64,000 nucleotides of DNA from an uncultured Gammaproteobacteria bacterium (lineage in GTDB: Bacteria; Patescibacteriota; Microgenomatia; 2-02-FULL-39-11), in NCBI GenBank assembly GCA_964544585.1, contig CAZJBV010000003.1, positions 16,950-80,949 of the forward strand, read 5' to 3'. This document shows positions 49,506-56,919 of this stretch, piece by piece. The translations under genes were made by a program, and so were the position numbers. The notes beneath the pieces are model-generated. The model ran no database searches and had not been told where the DNA came from. It worked only from the letters and a program-made list of their open reading frames with translations. Numbering within the stretch: position 1 is the stretch's first letter; the number at the start of each line of letters is the position of its first letter.

Positions 49506-50444
49506 ATGAAAGCCGTCGTTTTTAAGGGATCGGGTGGCACGGAAGTAATTTCGATTGTCCAAAGACCAAAACCCATTCCTAAAAAAGATGAAGTGCTCGT
49601 AAACGTCCATGCAGCAGGGCTAAACCGGGCAGAAATCCTTCAAAGAAAAGGACTCTATAAAGCACCGAGTGACGCACCAGCAGATATCCCCGGCTTGGAA
49701 TTTGCAGGGGAAATAGAGGAGACAGGAGAAAAAGTAATGGGCATAACAGGTGGAGGAAGCCAGGCAGAATACCTATCTGTATCCAAAGATTTATTGATTC
49801 CGATTCCCGCTAATTTAGATTTTGTAACTGCAGCTGCAATCCCGGAAGCGTATATTACAGCCAGCGATGCCATTTACACTCAACTTCAAATTAAGTCCAA
49901 AGATTCAGTCCTCATCCACGCCATTGGAAGCTCTGTCGGAATTGCACTTCTGCAAATATTAAAAACAATAGGTTGCCAAGTAATTGGAACATCTCGAACC
50001 CAAGAGAAATTGGACAAAGCAAAAAAATTAGGATTAGATTTAGGAATTAATTCACAAAATCAAGACTTTCAAAAAGAAATAAAGTCAGTTGATGCAATTA
50101 TTGATTTTGTCGGTGGACCATTTTTAGATAAAAATATTGCTGTTATAAAAGAGGGAAGAAAAATTCTTATTTTAGGATTGATCGGTGGAGTAGAAGCAAA
50201 AATAAATTTAAACCATCTCTTACCCCGAAGGATAAAAATCCTCACAGCCAATATGCGTACAAGACCATTATCTGAAAAAATTGCGGCGACCAATGTATTT
50301 AAAAATAAAATCCTCCCGTTCATAGCCAGTGAAAAAATTAAACCGGTAATCGATCGGGTATTTAAATTAGAAGAATTACCCAAAGCCCATCAGTACATGG
50401 AAGAAAATAAAAACTTTGGCAAAATAATCATTAAGATTCAATAA
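49506..50444 (+). CDS. MDR-family NAD(P)H:quinone oxidoreductase-like protein
   Basis: It has a GroES-like N-domain and is a second Qor-like paralog in the window. Confidence 0.65.
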   Translation: MKAVVFKGSGGTEVISIVQRPKPIPKKDEVLVNVHAAGLNRAEILQRKGLYKAPSDAPADIPGLEFAGEIEETGEKVMGITGGGSQAEYLSVSKDLLIPIPANLDFVTAAAIPEAYITASDAIYTQLQIKSKDSVLIHAIGSSVGIALLQILKTIGCQVIGTSRTQEKLDKAKKLGLDLGINSQNQDFQKEIKSVDAIIDFVGGPFLDKNIAVIKEGRKILILGLIGGVEAKINLNHLLPRRIKILTANMRTRPLSEKIAATNVFKNKILPFIASEKIKPVIDRVFKLEELPKAHQYMEENKNFGKIIIKIQ

Positions 50445-50545
50445 AAATTCCTTTTTTTAAAGAAAATTTCTCCTGATTGAAAAAGCTAAGGTTTTATAGT
50501 AAATATTTGTTGTGACGTATATCACTTCGAAAGGGGGTGAAATAC

Positions 50546-51079
50546 ATGGAGCAAAATAAATGGATGTGGCTAGGAGGTGCACTACTTGCTGGTTTAGTAA
50601 TTGGTTATATAGCTAGAGGTGTAACAACATTGAGTCCGACGACACAAAATCCAGAACCTACTCCCATGACCCAGGCAGAAAACTTACCTCACTCGGGTTT
50701 TACTCTGCATATCGATGCCGAGAAACACTTTCCAGCCGATGAGAAAAAGATAGCTCATCACTGGTGTAAACAAGTAAAAGGCGGTATGTTTGAGTGTCAG
50801 CTGTATGACTCAGACGATAAAGATGCAAGACTCGTAGGAGTCGAAACAGTGGTAGACACCAAAACTTGGCAAGCCTTTGACGCGGACGAACAGGGATTAT
50901 GGCATTATCATAAAGAAGAAATTCCCAAGATTAACGCCAAACTTCCTGATCTATCAGAAGAGGAAGCAGCCAAAGTAGTTCAAATGTTAAATGAGACCTA
51001 CGGCAAGGTTTATCTACTTTGGGATCCAGCTCAATCTGATCTTCCCATCGGCCAGCCAAGTATTACTATTTTAGAGTAA
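50546..51079 (+). CDS. secreted or membrane-anchored hypothetical protein (possibly DUF1264/OBAP-like)
   Basis: The ATG at 50546 has an SD-like AAGGGGGTGA 8 nt upstream; the ORF track start is a GTG. Motifs HHWCKQ and HYHKEE are present. Confidence 0.3.
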   Translation: MEQNKWMWLGGALLAGLVIGYIARGVTTLSPTTQNPEPTPMTQAENLPHSGFTLHIDAEKHFPADEKKIAHHWCKQVKGGMFECQLYDSDDKDARLVGVETVVDTKTWQAFDADEQGLWHYHKEEIPKINAKLPDLSEEEAAKVVQMLNETYGKVYLLWDPAQSDLPIGQPSITILE

Positions 51080-51101
51080 AAGAAGACGGGGATTGCTATC
51101 G

Positions 51102-51500
51102 TCAGATAAATTCATAAGATAGTTGTCTTCGATATGCAATAGTACCTAGTGGAATAACTTCTGTTGATGAATCCACTTGAAAAGTTTGTTCGTCAATAAG
51201 CACGCCTCTATGATTATCTTTAATTAACTCTAAATTAAGCTCACCTTGAGCAAAGTCCAACCAATAAATATAAAAGGAATAAATATTAAACAGTACTATA
51301 GTTCTATTCACCGAGTCAAACTGAATTTTCTGTCTTTCATCGGGAGTAAATTTTGCAAGTTGAGTAGGTACAAAACGATATAATTTACGTTCTTTAACCA
51401 TCGCACGCAATTTATTACTGCCTGCAACCATAAAAGTTAAAGCTCTCTTTTCATGGTTTGGCCTAGAAATCCCCCATAGAGTTTCATCCAGTGGACTCAT
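51102..51500 (-). CDS. hypothetical protein (start uncertain)
   Basis: The ORF track extends to 51605 but that stretch overlaps the tRNA-Tyr gene. An internal Met near 51500 is more plausible. Confidence 0.3.
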   Translation of the reverse strand: MSPLDETLWGISRPNHEKRALTFMVAGSNKLRAMVKERKLYRFVPTQLAKFTPDERQKIQFDSVNRTIVLFNIYSFYIYWLDFAQGELNLELIKDNHRGVLIDEQTFQVDSSTEVIPLGTIAYRRQLSYEFI

Positions 51501-51563
51501 TGAGGAAGTATTATAGTGCAGCGGAGGTCGTAGACAAAATAATATTCCAACAATCCTCTTCAG

Positions 51564-51646
51564 TGCCGGGACCAGGATTCGAACCTGGGAAGGCGTGAGC
51601 CACATGATTTACAGTCATGCCCTGTTGGCCGCTTAGGTATCCCGGC
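51564..51646 (-). tRNA. tRNA-Tyr (anticodon GUA), type II long variable arm, CCA not encoded
   Basis: The cloverleaf was folded by hand from the reverse complement. Acceptor GCCGGGA/TCCCGGC is perfect. The anticodon stem CATGA/TCATG closes loop CTGTAAA. The variable arm is 14 nt (GGC-tcac-GCC). T-arm is CCAGG-TTCGAAT-CCTGG. The discriminator is A. Confidence 0.9.
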
Positions 51647-51647
51647 T

Positions 51648-51856
51648 TGGAGCCATTATATCAAATAGCTCGCACCTATTTTATCAAAAATTTTTGAAAC
51701 TTGATACTTTATTAAACTGTAGCAAGAAAAAGGGGTTTAAGGGGAAAATGAATTGCTACAGTTTCGCCAATCATTAAGCCTCGCTTCGCTCGGCTTTCTT
51801 TTTGCTTAGCCCTCCTTTCGGTCGGGTCTTCGCCTTCTCTCTTTGGGAAATTTTCG
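51648..51856. repeat. 209-bp inverted repeat, left copy (IR-L)
   Basis: It is 100% identical to the reverse complement of 62772-62980 by base-by-base comparison. It begins 2 nt from the tRNA-Tyr 5' end. It contains an internal 12-bp inverted repeat AAACTGTAGCAA...TTGCTACAGTTT. Confidence 0.9.
51655..51663 (-). promoter_or_regulatory. extended -10 promoter (TGATATAAT) for tRNA-Tyr inside IR-L
   Basis: TGnTATAAT ends 9 nt upstream of tRNA-Tyr +1. Confidence 0.5.
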
Positions 51857-52490
51857 TTATAAGGAAGGGGAAATTATTTTATAGAGTATTAGGTTTTTCT
51901 GATTCCGTCACAGCCCACCCACCCAATTTTTAGATGTAGGCGACTTCCCCCGCTTTGGGCGAGAGAGCTCCCTATGGGGAGCTTCGCTGGAAGTCATCTT
52001 GTTTTATCATCTCTTTACAGTCTCTTACTCGCTTCGGGAAGAATCGTTATCCATCCATACAGTCTTCGTCCCTCCGCTCACCTTGAGTTTGATTTAGTAT
52101 CGCCTGCCGTCGCGGGGGATATCCGCTTCCCCCTTTCGCTCATCCCGACTTTTCATCGGGATTCGCTATGTTCCCCCTTCCTGTGCTGGCTGGTCATCCC
52201 GCCATTGACATCGGCGGGATTCCGCCAGCACTAGGTGGGGGAGCCCCCGCCGCCTGATTTCTATCCCTTCCAGTGTCCGGTCGGCTCGTATCCCGCCTTT
52301 AGTCGGGATACTTCGCGCCTAGTTCGGACCGCTCACCCCGCGTTATCTTTATATAATGTATATCTCGCGGGGTTCGCCTTTGTCGGGAGCACTCTTACTT
52401 TATCTATTTGCCTTGATAGTCTTTCTGTCGTGCTCCCTCCTTTTAGGAAGCTACTATCCGATGGGGGCGGGGTCGGCGGATGTCGCCAAC
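51857..52490. ncRNA. GC-rich, hairpin-rich non-coding region (candidate large structured RNA)
   Basis: Local GC content is far above the genome background. Overlapping low-complexity ORFs fall on both strands with no protein-like sequence. There are several perfect 7-8-bp hairpins (AGCTCCC-TATG-GGGAGCT, ATCCCGCC-N9-GGCGGGAT, GTATCCCG-N8-CGGGATAC). Pyrimidine tracts and a TATAAT occur near 52352. Confidence 0.3.
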
Positions 52491-52850
52491 TTGGCCAATT
52501 ACTTTTTCCACTTGGCCATTTTCCACCATTTTGGCCAAGTTTCTTTTTCTGTTGGCCAATTAACTTGGCCAATTGGTGCATGGGCTTGTCCTGAGGCAAG
52601 TCGGAGGATATACTGGATTTATGAGTGACGATATTGGCCAATCAACAGATACATCTTCGGCTCCTCCGGTTTCCGATGTTCCATTGGCCAATACGCCAGA
52701 TTCCACTTGGCCAATTTCCACCAAAATGGCCAATGACCAACTACAAGAAGCATCACCATCTGGCCAATCAGCTAAAACTCCATTGGCCAATAACGATTCT
52801 GCATCGTCTCCGGACTTGGCCAATCAGGATGCAACCAGTTCTGGCCAAGT
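52491..52850. repeat. array of the palindrome TTGGCCAA(T), at least 13 copies, frequently about 21-bp spaced
   Basis: Exact or near-exact copies start at 52491, 52512, 52531, 52552, 52565, 52634, 52685, 52706, 52726, 52760, 52783, 52816 and 52840. Outliers are near 53100 and 53146. Copies occur in all three frames of the overlapping CDS, translated as LAN, WPI or GQS. Confidence 0.85.
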
Positions 52851-53685
52851 TACGACTTCACTAGACGCTTCTTCATCTCCCAATTTACCTAATCAGTCAT
52901 TACCGGCCGATTCCACTTCTTCCATATCTCCCCAACCTGCCTCGCCGGTAGACGGGTCACCCTCATCACTCCAATCTCCCACAGATAATTTACCCTCGCC
53001 TATTTCTGTTCCTTCACCATCAGTTGAACCATCCCAAATGCAATCCAGACCGTCAGATAGTCCTTCTCAAGATACTACAACTTCTACTCCTCCCGACTTG
53101 GCCACTATCAAGCCGGTGTCTCCACAAAGCCCCCAAAACACCTCATTGGCCAATGACAATTCTCAAAAAACAGAAGAAATTAAGCCCACATCTCCTCCCA
53201 AAAGTTCTTTTGGCGATATCCTAGCTAAAGAAAATCCGCCATCTTCATCTAATCCTTCTCCTCCTTCTACTTCTTCTAATCCTCCTAAACCGTCATCTTT
53301 CGGAAATATCCTACGAGGATACAGTTCTTCATCCCAATTAGACCAATCTTTGCATGATGAACCCAAAATTAATATAGAACCCGTCGTCCCACCAAAGCCA
53401 TCTCCGGCTGTTACTCCCCAGATCCCCCAACCACCCCAATTTCCCTTATCTCCCAATACAAGTGGCCTCCGCCAAAAAGCCAATCAAAAGCGACTCGACA
53501 AAAAACAAAAGAATCTCGACAGAATTATGCTCCTTATTAAAGAAACGGGAACTATCACAAACACAGATGTTCAAAGACTTTGTAGAGTTTCTCAAAGTAC
53601 GGCCACCAACTATCTTACTGAGCTGGAAAAGAAAGGTATGCTCAAACAAAAGGGTATTCGCGGTGGAGCAAAATATACTTTATGA
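52621..53685 (+). CDS. S/P/T-rich low-complexity protein with C-terminal winged-helix DNA-binding domain
   Basis: The Met at 52621 has a GGAGG SD 13 nt upstream. About 300 aa of disordered Ser/Pro-rich sequence carries a duplicated PxSSFG(D/N)IL motif. The C-terminus MLLIKETGTITNTDVQRLCRVSQSTATNYLTELEKKGMLKQKG is wHTH-like. Confidence 0.5.
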   Translation: MSDDIGQSTDTSSAPPVSDVPLANTPDSTWPISTKMANDQLQEASPSGQSAKTPLANNDSASSPDLANQDATSSGQVTTSLDASSSPNLPNQSLPADSTSSISPQPASPVDGSPSSLQSPTDNLPSPISVPSPSVEPSQMQSRPSDSPSQDTTTSTPPDLATIKPVSPQSPQNTSLANDNSQKTEEIKPTSPPKSSFGDILAKENPPSSSNPSPPSTSSNPPKPSSFGNILRGYSSSSQLDQSLHDEPKINIEPVVPPKPSPAVTPQIPQPPQFPLSPNTSGLRQKANQKRLDKKQKNLDRIMLLIKETGTITNTDVQRLCRVSQSTATNYLTELEKKGMLKQKGIRGGAKYTL

Positions 53686-54242
53686 AATCTAAACCCAGTG
53701 CACAAAACAAAAAGTCAGGGAAAAACAAATATGTCCTTGTTCCTCTTGCGCTTCTTTTATCTCTTTCCTCCTTTTTCGCAGGAACAAAGTATGAGAGCGA
53801 GATTAAAGATGCGATTGAAAACCAACCGGTTATAAATCAACAGCAGATCATAGAGTTTCCCACGGAAGCCAAAATTAAAAGAGTTATAGATGGAGATACT
53901 CTCGAGTTACAAAATGGACAAATCGTGCGACTTGTCGGAGTTAATACACCGGATCATGGACAACCATATGATGAAGAATCCACAGAGTTTACCAAAAAAC
54001 TCGTTGAAGAGAAAAAAGTAAATATTGAATATGATGAGTATAAATCAGACAGATTCGGAAGAATTCTTGCATACGTAGTAATAAACAACAAAAACCTCTC
54101 CATTGAATTAGCCAAACGAGGATTAGCCAAAGTTACTATCTACGAAAAAAGAAAACCACTTATTTATCAAGAGCAATTATTAAATGCCGAAAAAGAAGCA
54201 AAATTAAAAAAATTAGGTATTTGGAAAGCAGGTGATAAATAA
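53682..54242 (+). CDS. staphylococcal (micrococcal) nuclease homologue, secreted or anchored
   Basis: It has an N-terminal signal/TM segment. SNase motifs DGDT, RLVGVNTPD and DRFGRILAYV are present. Confidence 0.75.
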   Translation: MKSKPSAQNKKSGKNKYVLVPLALLLSLSSFFAGTKYESEIKDAIENQPVINQQQIIEFPTEAKIKRVIDGDTLELQNGQIVRLVGVNTPDHGQPYDEESTEFTKKLVEEKKVNIEYDEYKSDRFGRILAYVVINNKNLSIELAKRGLAKVTIYEKRKPLIYQEQLLNAEKEAKLKKLGIWKAGDK

Positions 54243-54523
54243 TGGATTTTCAAATAGCAGCTTTACAATTTTTATCAGGTGGCATGGGAGGATTAGTCAG
54301 AGCAGTTGTTGGTATCACTAAAGCCAAAGAATTCGATCCCGAAAAATTCAAATTTCAGTGGAAATATTTCGCAATCACTATTATTGTGTCTATAATCACC
54401 GGTCAAATGGCTGGACTTATTGCAAATGCCGACTGGCGTATGTCCTTATTAGCTGGCTACGCAGGGAGTGATTTTTTGGAGAGCCTATACAAATTAAGAT
54501 TTGCACAATTTTTTAAGTCATGA
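54242..54523 (+). CDS. small hypothetical membrane protein
   Basis: The 93-aa product has two hydrophobic segments. It is translationally coupled to both neighbours. Confidence 0.35.
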   Translation: MDFQIAALQFLSGGMGGLVRAVVGITKAKEFDPEKFKFQWKYFAITIIVSIITGQMAGLIANADWRMSLLAGYAGSDFLESLYKLRFAQFFKS

Positions 54524-54577
54524 AGATATAGACTTAGAAATTTAAAATAAATATATTATTTTATCTTTAGATTTATA

Positions 54578-55939
54578 ATGGCTATTAAAATTAGTAAGAG
54601 CCCACAATTAATTTTTTCTGCACGAGCTTTAATTTTTATTGCAGTTTCCTTCTTGTTTTATCTACTTATAAATTATTTTTATCTTAAGTATACCGCGATA
54701 AATGAAATCCAAGATTACTTAAAGAATGCCAATAATAGGATAGTCTCTGACTTAGCTTATAAAAATGATAAGTGGGACACGACAGCGTATATAAATGATA
54801 GTCAAACAATTCAGGATAATCCTTTATATATATTAACAATAGATGGATTTGTTATCGACAGAATTAAACCAATAAATGGCTTTCTTGATACGTCCGATTT
54901 TATGTTTGGTTCTTCTTTTACAACTCCCAAAACTGTTTCAATCTTAGAAAGTGAAACATGGAGGTTGTATTCAAAAAAAATAATTAGAGAAAATAATATA
55001 TTTGGTACTATACTAGTGGGAGATTTCCAACCGGAAACCACAGAATTAAAAAATATAGATGATGAACTAATTAAGACAGCAGATATGATATTATCTCAGA
55101 TTAAGATCAGTAATAGTGAAATTGATATCTCAGAACTGGATTTAAAAAGAATTAATGTCAGACATTACGTAGAAATAATTGATAGATTTAATCGCTCAAT
55201 AGAAAGCGTTGGTAGTGGAATACCAGCTTATATTGATAGAAGTTATGTTGCAAATGAATTAAACGAAAATTATAAGACAGTTTATGATACGAAGAGTAAA
55301 GAGCCTTTCCTAGTATACTCAAAACCTATTTTCGATATGTCAAATGATCCAATTGGTATAGTTATAAGTGGCTATTCGCTAAAACAAATCTTCATGAATC
55401 TTAGAAACCAGCTTATCTTTTTAACCATAAGTGGTTTGTCAGTAATTATATTTATATTCATATTTCTGATTCTTATATTTCAAAGAAATTTAGCATTTTT
55501 AATCAAGAATCCAAGAGCTGCGCTATTTGGCTTTTCTGGGAAACACGATGAGGCAAATTCAAAAATGGTCCTTGAGGTGGACCAAAATATAGACGGTACA
55601 GTCGTAATAAACTTCCAGGGTAAATTATATAAAATTAGTAAGCCGGAATTTGATAGTGAATCAGATCAACTAATTGAAAGATTAATGGATTTGGTTCAAC
55701 CAGATACTAAAGAGATTGAATATGATGGTTTAAAAGATGAGCAATTAAAATTAAGTACCCCTCTGAGCAGACTTGTAACAAGGCTTGGATTTGTTGGATT
55801 AAAAAGAGACTTATTTTTTCCTCGTACATCTAAACAGAGAGTTTATTTTCGAAGATATCTGACACACAATGACTTAGTAGTTATGAATATAACTACTGAG
55901 CAAATTCTTACTGATCTATTTGTATCTTCGCAAACTTAG
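54578..55939 (+). CDS. two-TM membrane protein with large extracytoplasmic domain and about 140-aa cytoplasmic tail (sensor-like, no recognisable output domain)
   Basis: TM1 spans about aa 17-37 and TM2 about aa 285-310. No catalytic motif was recognised. Confidence 0.35.
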   Translation: MAIKISKSPQLIFSARALIFIAVSFLFYLLINYFYLKYTAINEIQDYLKNANNRIVSDLAYKNDKWDTTAYINDSQTIQDNPLYILTIDGFVIDRIKPINGFLDTSDFMFGSSFTTPKTVSILESETWRLYSKKIIRENNIFGTILVGDFQPETTELKNIDDELIKTADMILSQIKISNSEIDISELDLKRINVRHYVEIIDRFNRSIESVGSGIPAYIDRSYVANELNENYKTVYDTKSKEPFLVYSKPIFDMSNDPIGIVISGYSLKQIFMNLRNQLIFLTISGLSVIIFIFIFLILIFQRNLAFLIKNPRAALFGFSGKHDEANSKMVLEVDQNIDGTVVINFQGKLYKISKPEFDSESDQLIERLMDLVQPDTKEIEYDGLKDEQLKLSTPLSRLVTRLGFVGLKRDLFFPRTSKQRVYFRRYLTHNDLVVMNITTEQILTDLFVSSQT

Positions 55940-56154
55940 CAAACTAAAACTAGGTCTACACAGGTCGGCATAAGTCTTTTTATATCTCACAAGCCTCATT
56001 TAATTACATATCTTTTAAGATGAGATTATCAGCAAAACAAATTATAAATTTATGAATTATTAACTGAAAAAAATGTTTCATCCTTATATATCGGCAATAA
56101 TCTTTATTTTAATTTGGCTACTAATTATAGTGTTATTATTTAAGACTTTATAAT

Positions 56155-56919
56155 ATGTTAAAAATTTCTGGAAAAAATTTAGCAGAATTAGCTTTACCAA
56201 ATACTTGTTCTACTTGCTTTAGAATTAAGGTAAATTTGGACGCACAAATGAGTATCGAGCGTAAGAAAATTCCCTATCAAATGCCTATGCCAGGAATTTT
56301 CGCTAATTTAGATTCGCATATAAAACAAGTTGTAAAACATTATTTTGAAATGCATGGTAGAGTGCCTTCATGGTTTCCAAATATTGGAAGCCAAATAGTT
56401 AGCATTGAATCTCCACCAGGCTGGCAAAAATTCAACGCTTTTATTTCTGAATATAACATCTTTTTGACTGGCGCTCTTGATGTCGTTTTTAAATTAAATG
56501 ATGGTTCATTTGCGTTTGGTGATTATAAAACAGCAAGATTCTCTGAAATGCACGATAGTTTAATACCCTTATACAAAGCTCAATTACATAATTATCTAGA
56601 AATTGCAAAAAGAAAAGGAATTTTTACTCCTGTTTCTAAGTTATTTTTAATTTATGCAGAACCCCTGGACTATAAACCTTACGATGGAATATATCAACTC
56701 ACAGATTTCGAGAAGCTTTTTAAATTGCATTTCAGAGTCATACCAAAACTATTAGAAATCGATACTTATTTGACAGAAAACTTATTAAAGAAGGCTCGCT
56801 CAATTATGAGTAAGCATAATCCTGAAGCATTACCTAATTGTCCAAATTGCGCTTTGAGGACGAGGCTATATAATGAAGAATGTTTGCTAAGATCATCTAA
56901 TAAAGAACAAATAGTATGA
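56155..56919 (+). CDS. putative PD-(D/E)xK-fold nuclease with CxxC...CxxC
   Basis: The core reads GALDVVF...FAFGDYK (D...D-x-K). It has an N-terminal CSTC and a C-terminal CPNC. Confidence 0.4.
   Translation: MLKISGKNLAELALPNTCSTCFRIKVNLDAQMSIERKKIPYQMPMPGIFANLDSHIKQVVKHYFEMHGRVPSWFPNIGSQIVSIESPPGWQKFNAFISEYNIFLTGALDVVFKLNDGSFAFGDYKTARFSEMHDSLIPLYKAQLHNYLEIAKRKGIFTPVSKLFLIYAEPLDYKPYDGIYQLTDFEKLFKLHFRVIPKLLEIDTYLTENLLKKARSIMSKHNPEALPNCPNCALRTRLYNEECLLRSSNKEQIV

Noticed and set aside
51501-51605. N-terminal part of minus-strand ORF 51102-51605
   Set aside because: It overlaps the tRNA-Tyr gene, so the first about 35 codons are spurious.
51974-52641. ORF-track ORFs 51974-52234, 52235-52594, 52356-52628 and minus-strand 52333-52641 and 52560-52823
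   Set aside because: They overlap one another in several frames on both strands and are low-complexity Pro/Ser/Gly-rich. They coincide with the GC-rich region, where stop codons are depleted, so they are almost certainly not coding.
52491-52850. CRISPR-like array interpretation of the TTGGCCAA repeats
   Set aside because: Repeats are only 8-9 bp with 10-25-bp spacers, palindromic, and lie inside a CDS. No cas genes are adjacent. The Cas4-like protein is a stand-alone nuclease.
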